Shown here piece after piece: positions 56,362-64,000 of a DNA stretch of 64,000 nucleotides; the stretch's first letter is position 1; every line of letters begins with the position of its first letter. The stretch is from positions 32,001-96,000 of the IMG/VR virus record IMGVR_UViG_3300032213_003338. One strand, 5' to 3'. The position numbers and the translations under genes are program-made. Source of the stretch: a virus. The notes under the pieces were generated by a model. The model was given only the letters and a program-made list of their open reading frames with translations. It made no database searches and was not told the origin of the DNA.

Positions 56362-58472
56362 ATTCCGAGTGTTCCTGCTAAATTATAGACATTGCTAGCA
56401 TAGCATAGTACGCTTGCAGATCCGTGCTGTCCTAGTATTTTGTTTCCAGATGCGTAGCAGTTGACTGTCGCTCCAGATAAGCCAGTACAGGTAACCTGTC
56501 CAGTTCCAAGTTGAATTATTGTGGCATTAAATCCAATATCTAGGCCAGTTGGTATTCTTAGCGTGTGTGTGGCGGCGCTATCAAATGTTATTATTCTGCC
56601 GTTGTCCGAAGCCTGAAGAGTGTATCCGGTTGCGGTTTGCGCGTTTATTGCGTTTGATGTTATTCGGTAGCCGCTTGCAGCTAGCATGTGTCCAGTTGAC
56701 TGAACGCTTGACCAACCAATAACAGACCCTGTTGCTCTAACATCAACGCTTGTTAGTATTGACTGAGCTATTGCTCTTAGTGGGCCAGAATCAAGAATAA
56801 CTCCGCTTGAATTAGACCCTTTAAGGATAAGCCCACCTAGAGTGTTTCCGATTGTTATTTGGCTATTACCAAAAGTTCCGTTTGTTCCAATATTTATTAT
56901 CTTGTGGCCACCAAAAATTGAGTTTGTTCCAATATCTATAAACCCAGTACTGCTACCAACGGTTGTGTCTAGTTGCAGACCACCGATTGTTATTCCTGTC
57001 GCGTTTGGTCCTATTACGTTTGTTCTACCGTTTATTGTTACCGTGCCGGTAGACGCTATGCTTGGACCTATCGTTATGTTTGTTGTCGCTGAGCCAACAG
57101 AAGCACCAGTGCCGATGTTTATTGTCTTTGTTACACCAGCCCCGTTTGCGCCAGCGCCAATGTTTATTACACTGTTTGATGTAACGCCACCGATTGTTAT
57201 ACCTGTTGCGACACCGCACATCGTTAGAGATGTGGCGGTTGCGTCAAATACTGATACTGTCGTTGAAGTTGTACTTATCGTTCCGTCATTAACTGCAAGA
57301 TCACCAACAACTACGACACCTGTCGCATTACCTATTAATACACCACTGGCAGACGCGCCTATATTAACCCTTGAAACGTTTGTGTTAAAGACGCTTGCTG
57401 TACCAACAAGCGGGGTTATTATGTCTGGAGTTCCTAGAGTAAGCGTTCCAGAAGCCAAAATGTTGTTTGGAACATCGTTTGTTCTACCTGGACCAAGTAC
57501 TATGATTTGCCCATTGCTTACGTTAGATCTTGCGACGCGACCAATGTTCTGTACCAAAATACTTGCGCCAGTCGGCCTGATATTTGTTACCCATCCAGTT
57601 GAGTTAACGAAAACGCTGTTACCAACAGTAAACGCTGATGTATCAGTGTCATTTAAAACGCCAACGACGACAACGTAACCAGTTGCGTTTACGGCCAAAG
57701 ACTGGGCACACAACCCAACCGCTGGCATTTTTGCAGTGGTATCAGCACGAGCAAGCTGAATTTCAATAACATCACTAGCCCCAACGTTTCCTGATATGAA
57801 AACTGGATCACCTTTACGTAGCGTTACTGAGTCTGTGTTTTTACATGCTTTTAAAACAGCGCCGTCCATGTCACCTGTAATGTGGTCTACAGTTAGCGCC
57901 TTTGTGATCGTTACGTTTCCAGGAAAAGTGGTTGTCGTATTTCCATGACCTATACGTACAGCATGTGGTGTTGGGTAAAGGTATCCTGTCGAAGCGGTAA
58001 GTGTATCAATAGTAACAGCGAGAGATCCAGTAGGCTCAATCGCAACATTGTTTGACTGTGTTCTAAAAATTAAATCACCAGAGTCGTTTCCGGCGATCTC
58101 TGAGTATGTATTGTTGTAGCTTCTACCTGTTATCCAATGACTCCACGAGGTCGTCGGGTCTTCTGACGCAAAAAGATTAAGTGCCCCTATATTAACGCTT
58201 GAGACACCGCTTACATGTATCGATCCACTAACGTAAATATCCGGATCAAGACCTATTGTTGTCGATCCAGTTGCTTGCGTAACGTAAATACCGCTTGTTG
58301 AGCCGGATACAGCGGTAACGCCCTGGTTTGTGATTTCTACTGGATTTCCTGATGCGTTACCAACAAAAAGTTTTTTGTCTGTTATGTTTACCGCAAGCTC
58401 TCCCTGCAGCAAAGAACCGCTAGCTGGCGTGGATGTGGAAGTTGTGGAGTTTTTTGTCTTTATTCTTGCCAT
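56358..58472 (-). CDS. tail fibre protein
   Basis: L.QGELAVN..DKKLFVG N-terminus, INIG repeats, typical C-terminal fibre domain; GTGTAT at 58483-58488. Confidence 0.8.
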   Translation of the reverse strand: MARIKTKNSTTSTSTPASGSLLQGELAVNITDKKLFVGNASGNPVEITNQGVTAVSGSTSGIYVTQATGSTTIGLDPDIYVSGSIHVSGVSSVNIGALNLFASEDPTTSWSHWITGRSYNNTYSEIAGNDSGDLIFRTQSNNVAIEPTGSLAVTIDTLTASTGYLYPTPHAVRIGHGNTTTTFPGNVTITKALTVDHITGDMDGAVLKACKNTDSVTLRKGDPVFISGNVGASDVIEIQLARADTTAKMPAVGLCAQSLAVNATGYVVVVGVLNDTDTSAFTVGNSVFVNSTGWVTNIRPTGASILVQNIGRVARSNVSNGQIIVLGPGRTNDVPNNILASGTLTLGTPDIITPLVGTASVFNTNVSRVNIGASASGVLIGNATGVVVVGDLAVNDGTISTTSTTVSVFDATATSLTMCGVATGITIGGVTSNSVINIGAGANGAGVTKTINIGTGASVGSATTNITIGPSIASTGTVTINGRTNVIGPNATGITIGGLQLDTTVGSSTGFIDIGTNSIFGGHKIINIGTNGTFGNSQITIGNTLGGLILKGSNSSGVILDSGPLRAIAQSILTSVDVRATGSVIGWSSVQSTGHMLAASGYRITSNAINAQTATGYTLQASDNGRIITFDSAATHTLRIPTGLDIGFNATIIQLGTGQVTCTGLSGATVNCYASGNKILGQHGSASVLCYASNVYNLAGTLGI

Positions 58473-58546
58473 TACATTAAATATACACGAAATTACCGCT
58501 GAGCACTTTACAGATCTACAAGATCCGTCTAAGTGTATTATAGCAT

Positions 58547-59185
58547 ATGGGGAGCAATGAAAGCAGGGTTAAAGATTTTATCGCTCACGTTAAGGCTGTA
58601 GCAAAAGAGCACGGAGTAGTTGTAAAAATAAAAAATAGCAACAACGTCAGGGAGCCTGCTGGAAACACTCTTTGTTGTGGTTATTTTTTAGATTCTGATA
58701 ATGAAAAAACAATAGTGATTGCTCGCGGCAATCGCCCTTTGCACGAATGGCTCGGTTTTTTAGTGCACGAATACTGCCACATGATGCAGTGGATAGAGCG
58801 ATCTCCGGCTTACACGAATACATTTTTGAAAGACGGCGAGGACGCCACCTATAAACTTTCTCTTCTTGAAAACGGCGAAGCAAACTACAATAAGCGATTA
58901 CGTCGTGTTTATACCAAAAAAACTATTGCCTGCGAGCTTGACTGCGAAAGGCGTGCCGTTAAAACTATAAAGAAATTTGGGCTTCCAATAAACGTTGAGA
59001 TGTACAAGCGTTCTGCCGCGATAACGCTTTACAAATACTGGGTTCTTTGTAACACTGGTAAGTGGATTGGTGATTCTTTTGAGAGAAAAAGATCGCTCAT
59101 AAATAAAGTAAAACCGTCCCTAAAGGGGCGGTTTAATTGTGTGCCGAAAGAAATAGAGGTGGCTTTTTCTTACATTAACAGATAA
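58547..59185 (+). CDS. zincin-like metallopeptidase
   Basis: LVHEYCHMMQ HEXXH + E.DCE; GTGTAT at 58533. Confidence 0.7.
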   Translation: MGSNESRVKDFIAHVKAVAKEHGVVVKIKNSNNVREPAGNTLCCGYFLDSDNEKTIVIARGNRPLHEWLGFLVHEYCHMMQWIERSPAYTNTFLKDGEDATYKLSLLENGEANYNKRLRRVYTKKTIACELDCERRAVKTIKKFGLPINVEMYKRSAAITLYKYWVLCNTGKWIGDSFERKRSLINKVKPSLKGRFNCVPKEIEVAFSYINR

Positions 59186-59726
59186 GATGCTGTAGGGCTT
59201 TTCTTGCCATGACCTTTTCTCTTTCGCCACACACGGTGCTAATCCAAGTATAAGAGCATCCGTCTCTATAAAAATCTAAAATTTGCTGGCCCATTACGGC
59301 TTGACTGAAGCCTAAATTGTTTACACTTGGCGTGCCTGAAATAGCATTGTTCAAACAGTCGCATTCGGCTTTTCTTGAGGCTTCTGCTCTTTGCGCTGGG
59401 GTTGCGTTTTGTGGCAATGCTGCAACCACAGAGTTTGCATACGATTGGCATTTTGCAATTATTATGTCACCCTTCGTAAACTTTTTTGTTGAACAAGGGT
59501 TGTTATTATTTCTTTTAATGTCTTTTGCGCACGGATCAGATCCAGGGCTTCCAACAGATCCAGACAACTGTTTAACCGCTGCGCATATTTTATTTATGCT
59601 TAACTGCGTGGTTCCATCTATGCAACAATTGCAACTAGAAACAGGCGCTGTATTTGGGGCAATTCTAGTTGATTGTTGTGCCAAACCAACAAAGTGTTTA
59701 CGTATTATTTGCTCTAATTTTTTCAT
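59175..59726 (-). CDS. Cys-rich hypothetical (putative virion) protein
   Basis: basic amphipathic leader like the GACC paralogs. Confidence 0.6.
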   Translation of the reverse strand: MKKLEQIIRKHFVGLAQQSTRIAPNTAPVSSCNCCIDGTTQLSINKICAAVKQLSGSVGSPGSDPCAKDIKRNNNNPCSTKKFTKGDIIIAKCQSYANSVVAALPQNATPAQRAEASRKAECDCLNNAISGTPSVNNLGFSQAVMGQQILDFYRDGCSYTWISTVCGEREKVMARKALQHLIC

Positions 59727-60351
59727 TGTTTAATTCTTGTTCTTCTAATATTTCGGATTCAGCCTCTGACCACGTGTCTGGCCAGTGATAATAGGAGCCT
59801 GTTCTTAAATGAGCCATCCATTTTATAATTTGCTGTAATGTCCAACCTCTTTGCAAAGCCGCACATACCTCTCCTACGATAGTTGGACTCCACACGTTTT
59901 CTGTTAGACCATTTGTTATAGAAATTGCGACTCTGATAACAAGCTGCTCTGCGTCAGACCCAAGAGGAAGATTAAGAGCATTTACAAATGTCCATATTAT
60001 TGATTTAATAAGCTCTGAAACCACATCTGTCTGCCTTCCCCAATAAAACCACAAAGACAGATCGTATAAAAAGCTCTCAATGAGCGTAATGTTTACAACA
60101 AGCATTTCAGCCAATTGTTGCGTAAACCCAAGTCTGTTTACCAAAAAATAAATTATCGCGTTATTTATACCGCCAAATCTTTGGATTATTGAATCAATTA
60201 CACTTGACATCCATAAATCAAACTTTGATGGGGATGACAAAGAATGTGTTGGTGTTGCGTCTATAGGCACATTTGGTTCGTCAAAACGGGTAGGAAAGCT
60301 CTCAGCTGCCGCGTTAATGTGTTTTATTATGCCCAATCGCATTTGATCCAT
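59698..60351 (-). CDS. hydrophobic hypothetical (putative virion) protein
   Basis: GTGTAT at 60360-60365, 8 nt upstream of ATG 60351. Confidence 0.6.
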   Translation of the reverse strand: MDQMRLGIIKHINAAAESFPTRFDEPNVPIDATPTHSLSSPSKFDLWMSSVIDSIIQRFGGINNAIIYFLVNRLGFTQQLAEMLVVNITLIESFLYDLSLWFYWGRQTDVVSELIKSIIWTFVNALNLPLGSDAEQLVIRVAISITNGLTENVWSPTIVGEVCAALQRGWTLQQIIKWMAHLRTGSYYHWPDTWSEAESEILEEQELNNEKIRANNT

Positions 60352-60382
60352 AAAATTAAATACACGAACACTACAATCGTGC

Positions 60383-61021
60383 ATGAACAAGCGAAATTTC
60401 GTTGTTTACGATATTGAAACTACAGGCCTAGATTATGAAAATGGCGCCGAAATAGTTCAGATAGCGGCAATAACACTGAATTATTCAGATTATGAAATAT
60501 CAAAAACGATTCCTGAATTTTGCATCACTGTACAACCACAAAGTCCTGAAAAGGCTGACGCAAAAGCAATACAAGTAATTGGACAAGATCTTTGGTCAAA
60601 AGCGCAGTCAGAGGGCATGCATCCAAAGACAGCCCTTAGAAAATTTAAAGAATATCTTTCGATATCAAACCCCTCGGAAAATCCATGGGAATATCCAATA
60701 ATTGTAGGATACAATAACTGTAATTTTGATGACAAGTTTGTTGAGTACTGGATGCGCAAATACAAGATAATTAATGGAAAAAACGACTGCCCCTGGTCAA
60801 ACATAAAGCTCGACATGATGCCCATGATGTTTTCTATTTTTGGCAGGGATAATCTTAAAAATAACAGGCTAGACACTTACGCCGGTTTACTTGGTATGAA
60901 AAGGACATCTAGTACTCACGATGCTCTTGAGGACGTGAAGATTACTGCGGAAATGTTTAAGCGGTATATGTCATTTATGAACTTTAAGATCAGACCTAAG
61001 ATCAAGATAACAGCTGGGTAA
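60383..61021 (+). CDS. dnaQ: DnaQ-like DEDDh 3'-5' exonuclease
   Basis: DIETTG, GYN..FD, HDALEDV. Confidence 0.9.
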   Translation: MNKRNFVVYDIETTGLDYENGAEIVQIAAITLNYSDYEISKTIPEFCITVQPQSPEKADAKAIQVIGQDLWSKAQSEGMHPKTALRKFKEYLSISNPSENPWEYPIIVGYNNCNFDDKFVEYWMRKYKIINGKNDCPWSNIKLDMMPMMFSIFGRDNLKNNRLDTYAGLLGMKRTSSTHDALEDVKITAEMFKRYMSFMNFKIRPKIKITAG

Positions 61022-61024
61022 AGT

Positions 61025-62569
61025 ATGTTCAACATCGAAGAAGTAAATTTTAAAAACGATAAAACGTGGCGCCTAATTCAAAGCGGAAACACCGGTGGTG
61101 TCTTTCAGCTAGAAAGCGAACTTGGAAAACAATGGGCGGCTAAGATAAAGCCAAAAAACATTAACGAGCTTAGCGCCGTTCTAGCTCTTATTAGACCAGC
61201 ATGTCTTGAATCTGGAATGACAGAAAAATACGCAAGAGTAAAGAACGGTCTAGATGTCGCGCACAAGTTTGGAGACGAGGACGTTGATCGTATTCTACAG
61301 CCAACAAGCGGTGTTCTTATTTATCAAGAACAGCTAATGAAGTTTGGTGGGGAAATTGCCTGGAGAGAAATGCCGTATATTGATCGCCTTGTTATTGTTG
61401 ACAAGCTGAGAAAAGGCATTGGCAAAAAGGACTACAAGGTAATTAGCGAACTAAGAGAAAAGTTCGTGTCTGGATGTGTAAAAAACGGCAAAACAAAAGA
61501 CTTGGCAGAGCAGCTTTTTTCAATGATTGAAAGCGCTGGAAGATATGCTTTTAACGATGCGCACGCAAAGAAATACGCTGTTTGGTCTTACAGAACAGCG
61601 TATATGAAAGCAAACTTTCCATATGAGTTTTATTGCACGTATTTAACATATTCAAAGGCTAGACAAAGATCCAGAGAAGAGCTTCATGATATGATCAATG
61701 AAGCAAAGCTTTGCGGTATAGAAATAATTCCACCGACAATTACAGACTCGTCAAAAGATTTTAAAATTGTCAGTGATAATAAATCAAAGAGCATCATATT
61801 TGGACTAAGTCACATAAAACAATTTGGTGAAAAAGACTGGGAGACAATAAATAATAACAGGCCCAAGTATTTTTCTGACTTCCTAAATTTAGCATACAGG
61901 GAGAAAGACTCTCTGCGTTCTCTTGGTGTAGAATCTCTCATAAAGAGCGGCGCATGTGACATATACGGAATTGGAAGAAAAACAATGCTTGATGTAGTTA
62001 GCGCCATGAATGAACTAACTCCGAGAGAAATTAAATATGTTGTTGAGGAGATTTGTAAAAATGGGCCAAATAATTCAGTAGCTCTAGTAAAAGAAAAGAT
62101 GATTGAGTGCTCCGATGCTATTAGCACCAAAAAGAGAAAGCCAATAGTTAAATCTGAGGCTGATGCCATAGACGAAAACGCAAAGGATACAACTGATTGG
62201 AAGTCTTCTAGTGAGCAAGAACTTTTGTCTATTGCAATGACCTGCAGCGCAGTGGATGAGTACAAAGATGTATGTGATTTTACATGCAAAGATTGCCATA
62301 GAATGCTTAGGAACAATAAAGGTGTTACGAAAAGAGTTATTGCCTCTATTGTAGATACAACATTTACAGTAACAAAAAAGGGTGAAAACCCAGGCCAAGA
62401 AATGTGTCAAATAAATATTACCGATGCAAGTGGCAGCATCAGAGTCGTTGTTTTTCCAAATTCTTACGCAAAACATAAAGCAAAAATTAGAAAGGATGGC
62501 AAATATGAATTTACAATAAAGGGGACTGGTAGTGGATGGTCCGTAGAGTCTTTAACAGAAATAACGTAA
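61025..62569 (+). CDS. dnaE: DNA polymerase III alpha, C-terminal part (fingers, HhH, OB)
   Basis: T.GVFQLES, LALIRP, GVLIYQEQLM, YAFNDAHA, AYMKANFP, FGL..IK, LIKSGA.D, OB fold. Confidence 0.92.
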   Translation: MFNIEEVNFKNDKTWRLIQSGNTGGVFQLESELGKQWAAKIKPKNINELSAVLALIRPACLESGMTEKYARVKNGLDVAHKFGDEDVDRILQPTSGVLIYQEQLMKFGGEIAWREMPYIDRLVIVDKLRKGIGKKDYKVISELREKFVSGCVKNGKTKDLAEQLFSMIESAGRYAFNDAHAKKYAVWSYRTAYMKANFPYEFYCTYLTYSKARQRSREELHDMINEAKLCGIEIIPPTITDSSKDFKIVSDNKSKSIIFGLSHIKQFGEKDWETINNNRPKYFSDFLNLAYREKDSLRSLGVESLIKSGACDIYGIGRKTMLDVVSAMNELTPREIKYVVEEICKNGPNNSVALVKEKMIECSDAISTKKRKPIVKSEADAIDENAKDTTDWKSSSEQELLSIAMTCSAVDEYKDVCDFTCKDCHRMLRNNKGVTKRVIASIVDTTFTVTKKGENPGQEMCQINITDASGSIRVVVFPNSYAKHKAKIRKDGKYEFTIKGTGSGWSVESLTEIT

Positions 62570-62619
62570 TTTTATAGTGAAAGTCAAGTCAGATAACTAC
62601 AATAAGGCACAGGTACAAC

Positions 62620-63048
62620 ATGTCAAATTTTAACAAAGTCGTTTTAGTAGGTAACTTGGTTAGCGATCCAGAACTAAAGGAAATCGGAGACAACAACAGT
62701 GTTGTTCGTTTCAGAATGGCGATTAATCGTCGCTACACCACGAAGTCTGGTGAAAAGAAGGAAGAAACCACATACATTGATTGCGAGATGTGGGGTTCTA
62801 GAGCTGGGGTAATCTCTGAATATCTAAAGAAGTCAGATCCAATTCTTGTAGAAGGCCATCTGAAGCAAGAGAATTGGGAAAACAAGGACGGCGAAAAGAG
62901 AAGCAAGATCCTTGTTAGCATCGAAGACTTTGAGTTTCTTTCAAAGCGAGGGTCCGGTGATTCACAACAGAGTGAATCAAAGCCAGCGCAAAAGATTACA
63001 AAAAAGTCTACTCAAAAGCAGTCTGATCTTCAGGACATTCCGTTCTAA
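62620..63048 (+). CDS. ssb: single-stranded DNA-binding protein
   Basis: NKVVLVGNL..DPE, VEG.L, DIPF tail. Confidence 0.95.
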   Translation: MSNFNKVVLVGNLVSDPELKEIGDNNSVVRFRMAINRRYTTKSGEKKEETTYIDCEMWGSRAGVISEYLKKSDPILVEGHLKQENWENKDGEKRSKILVSIEDFEFLSKRGSGDSQQSESKPAQKITKKSTQKQSDLQDIPF

Positions 63049-63224
63049 TGTCATCGATTAAGATAATCAAAATTCTTGAGATCTTGCAGGCCAGGGGTTT
63101 ACTCAAAGCCCCTGGCCAGCTTGATTTACTTGCTGAAGAAATTGAAAAAGAGCTTAACCTTTCATCGAAGGCGAGCACTAAAAACTTAGGAAATTTTAAA
63201 GGGTTTACTACAGGTGAGCGATAA
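63048..63224 (+). CDS. small hypothetical protein (58 aa)
   Basis: TAATG coupling; contains hairpin 63089-63117. Confidence 0.4.
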   Translation: MSSIKIIKILEILQARGLLKAPGQLDLLAEEIEKELNLSSKASTKNLGNFKGFTTGER

Positions 63225-64000
63225 AAAAAGAATTCTGCTAGTTAGTGAATTTAGCCTGCTAAACACAGGCTTTTCTGTTATGGCATATGACGTTCTTTCG
63301 AGACTTCACAAGAGCGGAAAGTACGAGGTTGCGGAGCTAGCATCTTATGTTTCAGATGACGATCCAAGAATAAATCAACTGCCATGGAGGGTATATCCAG
63401 TAATACCGTCGCAGTCAAAAAAAGATGAGATGGAAAGATTTCAACGCGAGTATCAAACGGCCCAATTTGGATCAATAAGATTTGAAAGCGCTGTTAATCA
63501 TTTCAAGCCCGATATTGTTTTTTCATACAGAGATTACTGGCACGATGAGTTCATAACAAAATCGCCTTCAAGACCGTATTACACCTATATATGGTCAGCC
63601 TGCATAGATTCTGAACCACCAAGAGATGAGTGGATGGCAACATTCTCAACTGTTGATTTGTTAACATCATATACACAGTGGGGGCTTAACGTTCTTAGGA
63701 AGTATGGTGGTGGAAAATTGAACGTTTCTGATATAGACACTATGCCTGGTGTTGACATAGATGTTTTTAAGCCTATGGACAAGGCAGCAGTCCGAGAAGA
63801 GTATGGATTGCCAAAAGATGCGAACATCATAATGACCGTAATGAGAAATCAGCCAAGAAAACTCTTTCCAAATATAATGAGCGCTTTCGCAAACGCTCTT
63901 GATAATTTGTACAAACTTGGTATGAGCGATATTGCGGATAAAACGTATTTATATTTACATACCGGAAATCCAGATTGCGGTTTTGATATACCAAAAGAAA
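63214..64000 (+). CDS. glycosyltransferase (partial, runs off window)
   Basis: GTG start; KKRILLVSE...TGF...KPDIV...GVD.DVFKP...VMRNQPRK. Confidence 0.75.
   Translation, partial: MSDKKRILLVSEFSLLNTGFSVMAYDVLSRLHKSGKYEVAELASYVSDDDPRINQLPWRVYPVIPSQSKKDEMERFQREYQTAQFGSIRFESAVNHFKPDIVFSYRDYWHDEFITKSPSRPYYTYIWSACIDSEPPRDEWMATFSTVDLLTSYTQWGLNVLRKYGGGKLNVSDIDTMPGVDIDVFKPMDKAAVREEYGLPKDANIIMTVMRNQPRKLFPNIMSAFANALDNLYKLGMSDIADKTYLYLHTGNPDCGFDIPKE

Noticed and set aside
56842-57678. 278-aa plus-strand ORF
   Set aside because: Antisense shadow of the repetitive tail fibre gene
51600-61100. Split intein or trans-splicing intron joining the dnaE halves
   Set aside because: No intein terminal motifs; dnaE-C starts 3 nt after dnaQ, leaving no room for an intron half
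1-64000. Alternative genetic code or prophage
   Set aside because: Conserved genes are intact in code 11 with all three stops used; no integrase, att site or host genes seen

Overview
A 64-kb segment of a large lytic dsDNA tailed phage genome: AT-rich, gene-dense, standard code 11, with no integrase, capsid or terminase in this window. Layout: (1) ~1-13 kb small early genes plus gp88-like, rIIA/rIIB, DUF932 and a deaminase; (2) ~15-20 kb tRNA region (Lys-UUU, Leu-CAA, Arg-UCU, an atypical Ile-UAU and a tRNA-like RNA) with UvsE, a QueC-like PP-loop enzyme, a SpoU methylase and a PEP-CTERM-like protein; (3) sigma factor, ThyX, glycosyl/methyltransferases, class II RNR, LpxH-like hydrolase and dUTPase; (4) replication genes (RecA, DnaB, primase, dNMP kinase, PD-(D/E)XK nuclease, DnaQ, SSB) with Pol III alpha split into two intein-less genes 9.3 kb apart; (5) interspersed probable late/virion genes, many preceded by a conserved GTGTAT motif. 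PEP-CTERM-type and GACC-Cys motifs suggest a Planctomycetota (Phycisphaerae-like) host; this is an inference. Best leads: the split DnaE, a five-gene array of Cys-rich paralogs sharing a leader with other late proteins, a gene-cassette array joined by a 19-nt SD/stop/start repeat, and a promoter-bounded structured small RNA. All calls come from motif recognition by eye; no database searches were run.
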